A stretch of 33,309 bases of DNA from an uncultured Clostridia bacterium. GTDB lineage: Bacteria; Bacillota; Clostridia; Oscillospirales; CAG-272. The stretch lies in the NCBI GenBank assembly GCA_947367285.1, contig CANBDB010000002.1, positions 1 through 33,309 on the forward strand. The letters are read 5' to 3'. A program made the translations under genes and the position numbers. The notes under the pieces are model-generated. The model had not been told where the DNA came from. It worked only from the letters and a program-made list of their open reading frames with translations, and did not search any database. The first letter of the stretch is position 1, and the number at the start of each line of letters is the position of its first letter. Of this stretch, positions 7,904 through 15,882 are shown piece after piece.

Positions 7904-8509
7904 ATGAGGAGAATAACTGCGCTTGCTATTTGCTTGACACTTGTTATGCTATGCCTTGCAGGTTGCCAAGAGAAAAATGAATATACGCCCACCGGCGAGT
8001 TCTATATCAAAACATCTCCTTCTCGCGGTGATGGCGGTGTTGCAGAAGTCATCAGCCTTGAAGCTGAGCACAAGACTTATGAAGGCGATGGCGACATTAC
8101 CGTTCCTATGACAGTAGGACTGGGTCATCTGCCCGGTCATGATTTATACGGTGATGATGTTCAGGACACCTTCTATGTGCTTTATAAAATCATCGAATCT
8201 CCCTGGACTGCCGATAAGAAATCTGCTTGGGAGAAGAAGGTGGAATATACAGACTCTTGGTACGACTCCAAGTACGATTCCACCGAACAGGAAAATCGCT
8301 CGTTTCTGATTTTTCCTCATTATGGTGAGTTCTACCCGCTGTATAAGGAAACGGTTGACATTGTCTTTCCGGCAGACGTAGAAAAAGGAACTTTCTATGT
8401 AGAGCTATATACCGTGATTGAAGGACAAGAGGATCAGCAGTTTGCAGAACTCAGTTTTTACTTCAAACGAGAAAACGGAGTTTTGACATTAGATCCTCAT
8501 GATCGATGA
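7904..8509 (+). CDS. Lipoprotein, function unknown
   Basis: MRRITALAICLTLVMLCLAGC lipobox. SD AAAGGAG. Confidence 0.8.
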   Translation: MRRITALAICLTLVMLCLAGCQEKNEYTPTGEFYIKTSPSRGDGGVAEVISLEAEHKTYEGDGDITVPMTVGLGHLPGHDLYGDDVQDTFYVLYKIIESPWTADKKSAWEKKVEYTDSWYDSKYDSTEQENRSFLIFPHYGEFYPLYKETVDIVFPADVEKGTFYVELYTVIEGQEDQQFAELSFYFKRENGVLTLDPHDR

Positions 8510-8527
8510 GAAAAGGAGGCACAGCCA

Positions 8528-8881
8528 ATGAAGAAAAGAATGATAAGCATTGGAGAGATTTTGATATCTCTTGGATTGATTCCGCTTTGGTTTGTCAAAT
8601 TCTTTCACGGAGTAGGCCATCTGCCCAGCCAAAGTGATCCCAACACAATCGTGCAGGTTGACTTTTATCACAGTATGTATGAGAACATAAACGCAGATTT
8701 TGAATTTATGTTCCCCGTGTCGATGGTATTGATTGCGCTCTCTGCAATCTTTTCCGCAGTCTGTTTGAAGTTTGCGAGCAACAAGAAAATGCATACTGTT
8801 GGTCATATTCTCTTTGGAATCACAGTTGTAGCGTTCTTGTTATCGCTTCTCCTTGCCTCGACCGTGAGAAGAGGATACTGA
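8528..8881 (+). CDS. Small integral membrane protein
   Basis: 117 aa with 3-4 hydrophobic helices. SD AAAGGAGG. Confidence 0.7.
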   Translation: MKKRMISIGEILISLGLIPLWFVKFFHGVGHLPSQSDPNTIVQVDFYHSMYENINADFEFMFPVSMVLIALSAIFSAVCLKFASNKKMHTVGHILFGITVVAFLLSLLLASTVRRGY

Positions 8882-8957
8882 CAATTAACCACGTATAAGC
8901 CGTCGAAATGTCGACGGCTTACACGGCTATATACAGATAGCCAAAGGAGGATGAAAA

Positions 8958-9314
8958 GTGGATAGGAAGTTTGATTTCAAAAAGATGTTACTACTCGTTT
9001 CTCCACTACTTGCCTTTGCCGTACTTCTTGTTCCGTATAGCTGGGCGAACCAGGCCTTTATAGTTGATTGGCTTGGTTGTGGATGCCCCAAAATGGACGA
9101 GCTCGGGAATATGATTACCCCCGACTTTAACGCAAACGATTTTACATCACTATTTTGGGGACTGATTTCGTTGTGCGTCACGATTTCGGCTGTGCTGTTA
9201 TCGAGAAAGATCTCCAAGAATAAGTGGTGGCTTAGAATCGTGTATGTGGTAGGAATGCTGGCAGTATCTCTGCTGATTTCTTATCAGTTCATTCAGATGA
9301 TGATGTGGAATTAA
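8958..9314 (+). CDS. Small integral membrane protein
   Basis: 118 aa, GTG start 7 nt after AGGAGG (8945-8950). Three hydrophobic helices. Confidence 0.65.
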   Translation: MDRKFDFKKMLLLVSPLLAFAVLLVPYSWANQAFIVDWLGCGCPKMDELGNMITPDFNANDFTSLFWGLISLCVTISAVLLSRKISKNKWWLRIVYVVGMLAVSLLISYQFIQMMMWN

Positions 9315-9331
9315 GAATGAGGTGACTTTGA

Positions 9332-9538
9332 ATGTATAAATACGAATACGAAAAAGTAAGCTGTGAATTAGGCGGTTGGGGCTTAGGATCAGGTAATATC
9401 TATGAGATTGATGACTACCGTTCTATTATCGATAAAAGAGCAAAGGAAGGCTGGCGCTATGTCGGATATATTCCCACAAGACAGCGCGGTACCGGACACG
9501 TCCAGGAACTCGACTTAATTTTTGAGAAAGAGACTTGA
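9332..9538 (+). CDS. DUF4177-like small protein
   Basis: 68 aa. MYKYEYEKV...IIDKRAKEGWRYVGYIP...ELDLIFEKE fits the DUF4177 pattern (YEYK..., GWRLV, LIFER). Recognised from memory of the family. Confidence 0.6.
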   Translation: MYKYEYEKVSCELGGWGLGSGNIYEIDDYRSIIDKRAKEGWRYVGYIPTRQRGTGHVQELDLIFEKET

Positions 9539-9548
9539 GGTAGTCGCT

Positions 9549-9977
9549 GTGAAAAAAGTATTAATTCTTATACTTGCTGTAACGGTGATTTTTGCGTTAT
9601 CTGCTTGCGGAATAGGAAAAACCAAAATCGAAGATTATGAGTGGAAAATGCGCACGATCACACACATCGAAGATAATCAACCTGTTTATGATGCGGCTGC
9701 AGAAAAAATCAGTACGCATCCCGAAGTAAAGATTATCGAAATGTCTCTCGTAGCAAAGGACGGCAAGATTACGATTACCGATGTTACGAACGGTAAGACC
9801 TATGAAGGGACTTATACCGTATCGGGCAAAAATCCTGAAGGAACGGATTATCATATCACGATAGACGGCAAATCGGGTTATGCCGGCGTCGCTATAACCA
9901 CATACGCAAACGGAACGGAAGAGCCAACTTTGCCGATTACTCTTGACGGATATTCAATGTATTTTTACGGTGAATAA
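9549..9977 (+). CDS. Lipoprotein, function unknown
   Basis: GTG 9549 lies 8 nt after GAGG. VKKVLILILAVTVIFALSACG lipobox. The 9522 start in the ORF track overlaps the previous gene. Confidence 0.75.
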   Translation: MKKVLILILAVTVIFALSACGIGKTKIEDYEWKMRTITHIEDNQPVYDAAAEKISTHPEVKIIEMSLVAKDGKITITDVTNGKTYEGTYTVSGKNPEGTDYHITIDGKSGYAGVAITTYANGTEEPTLPITLDGYSMYFYGE

Positions 9978-9983
9978 CAAATT

Positions 9984-10015
9984 GCCCTCGTTCAAAAAAG
10001 AGCGAGGGCTTTCAA
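9984..10015 (+). terminator. Rho-independent terminator
   Basis: GCCCTCG / CGAGGGC stem followed by TTTCAAAAATTTT. Confidence 0.7.
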
Positions 10016-10103
10016 AAATTTTGAGAAAATATAAGACCAACGCCTAAAAAAACGTACTTAATGGGTGAAAGCGCTTTTAGATCAGACAAGGGAGGTGAAC
10101 AAC

Positions 10104-10658
10104 ATGGATGATCTGAGAATCATAGAACTCTACTTTGAAAGAGACGAACAGGCAATCAAGGAGACGGATGCAAAGTACGGCAAGCTCTGCCACAGTATCG
10201 CCTATAACATTCTGAGCAATCACGAGGATTCGGAAGAATGCGTCAACGATACATACGTTGGTGTGTGGAACGCAATTCCACCCACAAGACCGAACAACTT
10301 TATGTCTTTCGTTTGTAAGATCGCAAGAAATCTGTCTTTGAAACGGTTGGAGTTTATGAAACGTGAGAAACGGTCAGCGGACATAATGCTGTCCCTGGAT
10401 GAACTGGAATCGGTACTGCCGGATGATCGTTATGCTCCCGATGTGAGCGATGAAGAGGTCGGTAAGCTGATCAGTAAGTTTCTCCGTACACAAAAAGAAG
10501 ATGTTCGAAACGTCTTCATTCGCAAATATTACTTCTTCGATTCCATCGGAGATATTGCAGAGCGCTTCGGTTTTACCGAGAGCAAGGTGAAGAACATGTT
10601 GTTCTACACCCGAAACAAACTAAGAGACTATCTCATTAAGGAGGGCGTTGAAATATGA
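10104..10658 (+). CDS. Sigma-70 family (ECF-like) RNA polymerase sigma factor, copy 2
   Basis: 184 aa from ATG 10104 (SD GGGAGG). MDDLRIIELYFERDEQAIKETDAKYGKL...ECVNDTYVGVWNAIPPTRPNNFMSFVCKIARN aligns along its length with copy 1. Confidence 0.9.
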   Translation: MDDLRIIELYFERDEQAIKETDAKYGKLCHSIAYNILSNHEDSEECVNDTYVGVWNAIPPTRPNNFMSFVCKIARNLSLKRLEFMKREKRSADIMLSLDELESVLPDDRYAPDVSDEEVGKLISKFLRTQKEDVRNVFIRKYYFFDSIGDIAERFGFTESKVKNMLFYTRNKLRDYLIKEGVEI

Positions 10659-11830
10659 AAACACCGAGAACGGCAAATGCAGTCGGTCATATTGATGATG
10701 ATCTCATCACTGCCGCAGCAGAATGCAAAAAGAAAACAAAGCATAATCCGTGGCTCAAATGGGGTTCCATAGCAGCTTGCTTTGCGTTGCTCGTCATCGC
10801 AGGTACAGCGATCCTGCCGTCGTTATTCGGCGGTGATGGAGGTACAACAAATAAATATAAGGACTTCATCCAGGCGGGGGAATCTGCAATTATTTGGCCG
10901 TGGGAATATCAGACAGTATATGAAAAATACACGGAACTGAAATTTGATGGCATTGAATACCTTGGCAGAGGACGCGAGGTATCGGCTTCGCACGTTGGCG
11001 AGATCATTGGTAACCACACCGTGGTAGGATATGACGAGATCAATAGTGGTAAGAAATACACCAAAGAGTTTGAAGTATATAAGCTGAAGGATGTTGCACA
11101 GAGTCAGTTTGTTGCAGTGAAAATGGAGGGCAAGTATTACGTCTTCAAGAATGACAAGTATGCTCCTCCAAGCACCTTGGGCGAATTGTTCAACTTAGTA
11201 GATCTGCCGAAAGTGATTGAGCTAAACGAGTTCTCTGAAAACGGTGACGGCCCAAACAAGAACCACTATGTTTTGAAAAGCGATGATTACGTGTGGGAAG
11301 TGCTTGCCGGTTGTAAAAATGCAGATTTCGTTGAAGACGATAAATGGACAGTTCACAAGAGGGATCATCTCAGCTTCACAGTAACCTCTGAGACATTGGG
11401 AGTGTATCGTGTCGCAATGTACGTTACGGCAGACGGTTATCTTTGGACGAATGCGTTCAGTTATCAGTACCTCTTCAATATCGGCGAGGATGCAGCCGGA
11501 AAGATTATTAAATACGCGAAAGAAAACTCTTCCGAAGCAGAATATAAACCGTATCAAAACCGGATTGTTGGCAAGGTTGTAGAGGTCACCGACGAATATA
11601 TTTTGATCGATGACACAGTGCTCTGTAATAACCCGTCTGATGGCACCACATACAAGGTCTTGCTGAATGACCTGCGCATTTCACGCTACGTTGATCACGA
11701 GATCATCAAGGTTGGCAGCACCGTGCAGATCACATTTGAGGGTGAAATTGACGAAGCAAATACAATTGATAGTGCAATCTCTGCATCTCAGGTGAAAATC
11801 TCCGGTGGAGATGTGCTGATTCCCGAATAA
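10655..11830 (+). CDS. Putative anti-sigma factor: single-pass membrane protein
   Basis: ATGA overlap with sigma copy 2. N-terminal GHIDDDLITAAAE segment, TM helix WGSIAACFALLVIAGTAILPSLF, about 330-aa external domain. Confidence 0.65.
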   Translation: MKTPRTANAVGHIDDDLITAAAECKKKTKHNPWLKWGSIAACFALLVIAGTAILPSLFGGDGGTTNKYKDFIQAGESAIIWPWEYQTVYEKYTELKFDGIEYLGRGREVSASHVGEIIGNHTVVGYDEINSGKKYTKEFEVYKLKDVAQSQFVAVKMEGKYYVFKNDKYAPPSTLGELFNLVDLPKVIELNEFSENGDGPNKNHYVLKSDDYVWEVLAGCKNADFVEDDKWTVHKRDHLSFTVTSETLGVYRVAMYVTADGYLWTNAFSYQYLFNIGEDAAGKIIKYAKENSSEAEYKPYQNRIVGKVVEVTDEYILIDDTVLCNNPSDGTTYKVLLNDLRISRYVDHEIIKVGSTVQITFEGEIDEANTIDSAISASQVKISGGDVLIPE

Positions 11831-11838
11831 AGAATATC

Positions 11839-11868
11839 TAAGGGCATCACAGAAATGTGATGCCCTTA
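11839..11868 (+). terminator. Hairpin after the anti-sigma gene (non-canonical terminator)
   Basis: 13-bp perfect stem TAAGGGCATCACA / TGTGATGCCCTTA with GAAA loop, but no U-tract follows. Confidence 0.4.
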
Positions 11869-11874
11869 CAAATG

Positions 11875-11906
11875 GGTAGAAAAAGTCACAATTTTATGAT
11901 ATAATA
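11875..11906 (+). promoter_or_regulatory. Promoter-like 32-bp element, copy 2 (identical to 4807-4838)
   Basis: Same 32 nt as copy 1. TATAAT at 11900-11905, 35 nt upstream of the WYL-regulator ATG. Confidence 0.55.
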
Positions 11907-11940
11907 TTGTTAAAAACAATTCCTCCGAAGGAGAACGAAT

Positions 11941-12906
11941 ATGGCAGACAAGAACAGACCGTTACACATACTGAAATACCTGTGGGATCACACCGACGAG
12001 GAACATCCTGCGATCATAACAGATATCCTTGCTCATCTTGAAGAGTGTGGAATTCACACGAATAGAAAGACGGTTGCCTCGGATCTTGCGGATCTCCAGG
12101 ATAGCGGATTTGACATTGTCTGCAATAAGAGCCGACAGAACCAATACTTCATCGGCAGCAGATCGCTCGAACTTGCCGAGCTGAAAATGATCGTGGATGC
12201 GATCCAGGCGGCAAAGTTTATCTCAGAGAGCAAGAGCCTGACTCTTATTGAAAAGGTTTCTTCCTTGGCAAGTCCTCATCAGGCAGAGCAGCTCAAGCGA
12301 CGTCTGTACGTTGAAGGTAAAGCTAAGACCACAAATGAAACTGTCAATTATACGGTTGATCTGCTGCAGTCTGCCATCCAATTGCATAAGGCGGTAGAAT
12401 TCCAATACATAGAGTACACACCGAGAAAAGAAAAGGTTTTGAAGTACGATGGATACACCTATCGCTTCTCTCCATATGACCTTGTGTGGAACAATGACAG
12501 CTACTATGTTTTTGGCTGGATAGAAAAGTATAAGAAGGTCATCAAGTTCCGTGTCGACAGAATGCATCGCCCGAAGTTCTCGGAGGTCGAGTACCATCCA
12601 AGACCGGACGATTATGACATTCAAGAATACTGCGAACAGGTCTTCATGATGTACGACGGAACTCGGAGCATCGTCAAGCTGAAATGCGATAACAGCCTCA
12701 TGAAGACGATTGTAGACCGTTTCGGTGAAGACGTGGAAACACACCTGCTCGACGATAAATCCTTTATGGTGACCGCAGAAATCGCTGTTGGCCCTCCGTT
12801 CTTTTCGTGGGTGTTCAATTACTGCGGAAAGATACAGATCATCGAGCCACAAAGTGTGAAAGAAGAGTATTTGAATCAAGTAAAAGAAGCATACAACAAC
12901 ATCTGA
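11941..12906 (+). CDS. WYL-domain transcriptional regulator (wHTH-WYL-WCX architecture)
   Basis: 321 aa. N-terminal winged HTH (RPLHILKYLWDHTDEEHPAIITDILAHLEECGIHTNRKTVASDLADL). Central WYL-type segment (YRFSPYDLVWNNDSYYVFGW). C-terminal extension. Confidence 0.85.
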   Translation: MADKNRPLHILKYLWDHTDEEHPAIITDILAHLEECGIHTNRKTVASDLADLQDSGFDIVCNKSRQNQYFIGSRSLELAELKMIVDAIQAAKFISESKSLTLIEKVSSLASPHQAEQLKRRLYVEGKAKTTNETVNYTVDLLQSAIQLHKAVEFQYIEYTPRKEKVLKYDGYTYRFSPYDLVWNNDSYYVFGWIEKYKKVIKFRVDRMHRPKFSEVEYHPRPDDYDIQEYCEQVFMMYDGTRSIVKLKCDNSLMKTIVDRFGEDVETHLLDDKSFMVTAEIAVGPPFFSWVFNYCGKIQIIEPQSVKEEYLNQVKEAYNNI

Positions 12907-12908
12907 TG

Positions 12909-12942
12909 AAAAAGGTGGGCGCAAATACGCCCACCTTTTTTT
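12909..12942 (+). terminator. Rho-independent terminator
   Basis: AAAAAGGTGGGCG / CGCCCACCTTTTT stem, 6-nt loop, T-run. Confidence 0.85.
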
Positions 12943-12996
12943 GACTTTTCAAAAACCCCTTGTGTTCAAACCAATGTTCGTGTATAATATGGTTAC

Positions 12997-13017
12997 AGTG
13001 TTCAGTAAACACTGAAC
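12997..13017. promoter_or_regulatory. Operator-like inverted repeat, copy 1 (AGTGTTCAGTAaacACTGAAC)
   Basis: GTTCAGT / ACTGAAC palindrome 9 nt downstream of TATAAT (12983-12988) and upstream of the XRE gene. A near-identical site lies at 14073-14093. Confidence 0.5.
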
Positions 13018-13040
13018 GCGAATGAGAAAGGGGTGTTTCC

Positions 13041-13436
13041 GTGAAGATCAATCACACATTTGGAACATTCATAAAAGAGAAAAGAAAAGAGAGATGCGTC
13101 TCTCTGCGAAAATTTGCTGAACAAGTTGGAATATCTCCGGTGTATCTTTCTAACCTTGAAAACGACCGTATGCCCGCCCCGAAAGACGATGTCGTTTCAA
13201 GCATAGCAAGACAGCTCCATCTCAATGAAGCAGATACCGCGATGCTTTACGATCTTGCGGCGAAAGCTAAAAACAGCACCGTGGTGTCACAGGATCTGCC
13301 GGATTACATAATGGAAAGAGACATTGTCCGAATCGCACTCAGAACGGCGAAGGACGTTGACGCAACTGACGAGGAATGGCAAGAGTTTATAGCCAGCCTC
13401 GAGGCGCGTAGGAGGAAGAAACAGGAGGGCGAATAA
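13041..13436 (+). CDS. XRE-family HTH repressor (ImmR-like)
   Basis: 131 aa, GTG start. SLRKFAEQVGISPVYLSNLENDRMPAP is a Cro/C1 HTH. Immediately followed by an ImmA-type peptidase. Confidence 0.88.
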   Translation: MKINHTFGTFIKEKRKERCVSLRKFAEQVGISPVYLSNLENDRMPAPKDDVVSSIARQLHLNEADTAMLYDLAAKAKNSTVVSQDLPDYIMERDIVRIALRTAKDVDATDEEWQEFIASLEARRRKKQEGE

Positions 13437-14044
13437 TGATCGAAATCAAATACTTGCGACCAGAGCTCCTCGAAGCAATCGCAAGGAACACTTTGAAAAA
13501 GTATGACGAGAGTCTTGTTAGCGGTTATGATGCCAAGGAGGTTCCCATCGAGGATATTATTGAAAGCATGGGACTCTCATTGGAATACCAGTACATTCGC
13601 AACAATGGACGTATCCTGGGCGAAACCGTCTTCGATGATGCCTATGTCCCAATCTACAATATGGATGAAAAGCGATATGAGCTCATCTTTGTTGAGCGTG
13701 GGACGATCATTCTTGATGCGAGCCTTCTGCGATGCAGAACACGTGGAAGACATCGCTTCACGGCAGCTCACGAGCTTGCACACTGGCTTATTCACCAAGA
13801 ATTGTATTCGGGTACTGGTGATGCGGCAGCGATGCTGAAAAGCCTCAGTAAAAGCTCAGAGGCAGATAGAAGAATAGAGCTTCAGGCAGATATGCTTGCA
13901 AGTGCTTTGCTTCTTCCCATCAGCCAAGTCAAAAAAGCGTTTTATCGGACTTCGGGCGAAGACCGAGTATCACGGTTGGCGGCACAGTTTGGCGTTTCCA
14001 ATCAGGCGATGGAAATCAGACTGCGCAACCACCATCTGATATAA
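13436..14044 (+). CDS. ImmA/IrrE-family zinc metallopeptidase (DUF955)
   Basis: 202 aa. HEXXH motif in FTAAHELAHWLIH. 1-nt overlap (TAATG) with the XRE gene. XRE+ImmA pairing is typical of prophage/ICE induction switches. Confidence 0.88.
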   Translation: MIEIKYLRPELLEAIARNTLKKYDESLVSGYDAKEVPIEDIIESMGLSLEYQYIRNNGRILGETVFDDAYVPIYNMDEKRYELIFVERGTIILDASLLRCRTRGRHRFTAAHELAHWLIHQELYSGTGDAAAMLKSLSKSSEADRRIELQADMLASALLLPISQVKKAFYRTSGEDRVSRLAAQFGVSNQAMEIRLRNHHLI

Positions 14045-14067
14045 AGCCGATAAAACGGCTTTTTTTA
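14043..14067 (+). terminator. Rho-independent terminator
   Basis: AAAGCCG / CGGCTTT stem followed by TTTTT. Confidence 0.75.
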
Positions 14068-14072
14068 CCCAT

Positions 14073-14093
14073 AGTGTTCAGTATTTACTGAAC
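14073..14093. promoter_or_regulatory. Operator-like inverted repeat, copy 2 (AGTGTTCAGTAtttACTGAAC)
   Basis: Identical to 12997-13017 in 18 of 21 positions; only the 3-nt centre differs. Located just after the ImmA terminator. Confidence 0.45.
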
Positions 14094-14334
14094 AAAAACG
14101 GTGCCCGACTCATTATATCACCGACTTCAAGAAAATTTTGTCAATAACGGTACAGAATATTACAAAATTCTGCGTGGGGCTTTTGGTATAATAGTGTCGA
14201 GGAAATGACTGAGCCGTAAGATAACAATCACTTCCTATCAGAAAAGATCACTTTCATTTATCTAAACAGGAAGGAGTTTATCAATAAGGGTCGAGAAGTT
14301 TTTCTCAAATTCAAAAATAAAGGAAGTGATCGGT

Positions 14335-14553
14335 ATGATTTTTATTCAGCAAGTGTACGAGGATGCAGACATTAAAAGTGAGTATGTCAGATGTCCTTCG
14401 TGCAAACGTGGTAGGCTCTGCGACAAGCCTAAAGGAGACATAGCAACGGTGATCGCTCTAAAGACCGATCATCAGGAAAAGACAGGCAGTAAGATTATAC
14501 TGAAATGTCCCAAGTGTTCTCAAAAGTTTCTCATTCACTTTTCAAAAGAGTGA
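14335..14553 (+). CDS. Small cysteine-rich zinc-ribbon protein (Cys-rich KTR-like)
   Basis: 72 aa from ATG 14335 (the ORF track uses GTG 14326). Two CxxC pairs (CPSCKRGRLC ... CPKCSQKF). SD AAGGAAG 8 nt upstream. Family assignment is tentative. Confidence 0.6.
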   Translation: MIFIQQVYEDADIKSEYVRCPSCKRGRLCDKPKGDIATVIALKTDHQEKTGSKIILKCPKCSQKFLIHFSKE

Positions 14554-14702
14554 GCAAATAAAATTTAATAGCTATTGTTAACTATTAATACGTTTCGTAC
14601 ATAGCATTCCATCCGCCGGACACGCTGATCATAGATCAGTAAAGCAAGCCGGAAAAGAGCTTATATCCACCCGCAAGGGTGAGAATACTGACTATCGAGA
14701 TA

Positions 14703-14751
14703 GGGCATGACAAACAGCTTTTTAGGTTGTTTTTGTCATGCCCATTTTTTA
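14703..14751 (+). terminator. Rho-independent terminator
   Basis: GGGCATGAC...GTCATGCCC long stem followed by ATTTTTT. Confidence 0.8.
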
Positions 14752-14755
14752 TTGC

Positions 14756-14790
14756 ATCCTTTCTGCCTAAAAAGCAGAAAGGATTTTTTA
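14756..14790 (+). terminator. Second tandem rho-independent terminator
   Basis: ATCCTTTCTGC / GCAGAAAGGAT stem followed by TTTTTT. Confidence 0.8.
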
Positions 14791-14827
14791 TGTTTAGGAG
14801 TTGGCTTTGCTACATAGCTAAGTACCC

Positions 14828-14884
14828 GTGATCTCCGATTTTTGAACTCGAACCAATCAAATTCAAAAATCAAAAGGAGATCAC
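14828..14884 (+). promoter_or_regulatory. SD-sequestering hairpin in front of gene 14889
   Basis: GTGATCTCCGATTTTTGAA (14828-14846) pairs with TTCAAAAATC (14862-14871) and GGAGATCAC (14876-14884). The 3' arm contains the AAGGAGA SD. Confidence 0.45.
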
Positions 14885-14888
14885 AAGA

Positions 14889-15446
14889 ATGATTAAAGTA
14901 TTTTATATCGAAGATAACAACGGACAGTACGTTTCCGCAGATGGAAGCAAGAGATGGACACGCCTCACCGGACAGGCTCTGTATGACTTCTTACAGACCG
15001 AGAGAGGAAAGAAAACCTACTTCTTTGTCGATACCGATGACAACGGTGTTGCAATTGGTGTGGAGATCACGAACAAAGATCAGCAGGTCATGTTTGAAAC
15101 AGACAAGCGCCGTCGCCGCTATGTTTCGGAATCGCAAAAAGAATCGGGGTACATAACAGTATCCTTTGACTACTTCGAAACGGAAGATGGGACAAGCACC
15201 GGCGATGAAGTTATCCCTAATGATGATGACAGCATTGAAGAAGATGTACTTCGTCAGTTTGACCTTGAAACTCTCCGCAGAGCACTTGATACGCTCACGG
15301 AAGACGAGTATGCCCTGATCTGTGCATTGTTTTTGCAAGATGAACCGATGACGGAAAGCGAATATGCAGTCCGAAGAGGTACAACACAGCAAGCGATAAA
15401 TAAGCGCAAAAAAACGATTTTGAAAAAACTTAGAAATTATTTTTAA
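14889..15446 (+). CDS. Sigma-70 region-4-like HTH protein (mobile-element type)
   Basis: 185 aa. C-terminal LTEDEYALICALFLQDEPMTESEYAVRRGTTQQAINKRKKTILKKL resembles sigma region 4. N-terminal half unassigned. Confidence 0.7.
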   Translation: MIKVFYIEDNNGQYVSADGSKRWTRLTGQALYDFLQTERGKKTYFFVDTDDNGVAIGVEITNKDQQVMFETDKRRRRYVSESQKESGYITVSFDYFETEDGTSTGDEVIPNDDDSIEEDVLRQFDLETLRRALDTLTEDEYALICALFLQDEPMTESEYAVRRGTTQQAINKRKKTILKKLRNYF

Positions 15447-15882
15447 TTTCTTGGTTGTTAAATCGAAAAAAATTGCCCAATAAAGGATGAGAGGACAAAA
15501 CAGCTCCTCTCGTGATCCTTGACAAAATTAAATATACCTGCAACAGATACATTGCCGTTATTGTCAGGTGATAGCGACAAGCGACATTCCCAAGGCACAG
15601 CTCCTTTTCGAAGGAGCTGTGCTCGTTGGGAAAATTTTCGGACGGCTTCCGAGAAGAGCGAAGACAAGTAACGGTTACAATGATACTTCCGTAGCGAAAG
15701 CGCGGCTTCCGGAGTACCCGGGGGTGGTGAGAGTCCAATGAGAAAGATCAGCCATCTTTCGTCTGTTGTCTGCCTATGCCGAGGGGTTAAGAACGAATAC
15801 GGCACATAATTAACGCAAAACGAATTTGGGATCGGTGCCAACACCGCCGATCCCTCTTACATAACACGAAGGAGGTATCGCC
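15447..15882 (+). ncRNA. Candidate structured non-coding RNA / leader upstream of mazF
   Basis: 435 nt with no convincing ORF. Hairpins at 15483-15520; 15589-15630 (17 bp total, UUCG loop); 15689-15705 (GAAA loop); 15742-15760; 15828-15854. Strand assumed from the flanking co-oriented genes. Confidence 0.4.

Noticed and set aside
12223-12924. 233-aa minus-strand ORF opposite the WYL regulator gene
   Set aside because: Shadow ORF. The plus-strand frame has recognisable wHTH and WYL motifs plus an SD, promoter and terminator. The antisense product has no recognisable features.
14841-14860. ACTCGAACC / TCGAACCAAT similarity to the tRNA-Pro T-arm and to the flank of tRNA fragment 2 (22527-22536)
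   Set aside because: 9-10-nt matches only, with no foldable tRNA 3' half around them. Probably coincidental T-loop-like sequence.
15700-15740. T-box-like GGGTGGT and AGTA / AACGGTTA strings in the mazF leader
   Set aside because: Only partial matches to the T-box (GGGTGGTACCGCG), AG-bay and F-box consensus. There is no specifier-loop, antiterminator or terminator architecture, and the downstream gene is not related to amino-acid metabolism.
15458-15844. 128-aa (and 102-aa, 15430-15738) minus-strand ORFs inside the mazF upstream region
   Set aside because: GTG start, odd composition and no family resemblance. They are antisense to an otherwise uniformly plus-strand gene block, and the region is dominated by strong RNA-type hairpins with UUCG and GAAA loops. 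They remain the main alternative to the ncRNA interpretation.
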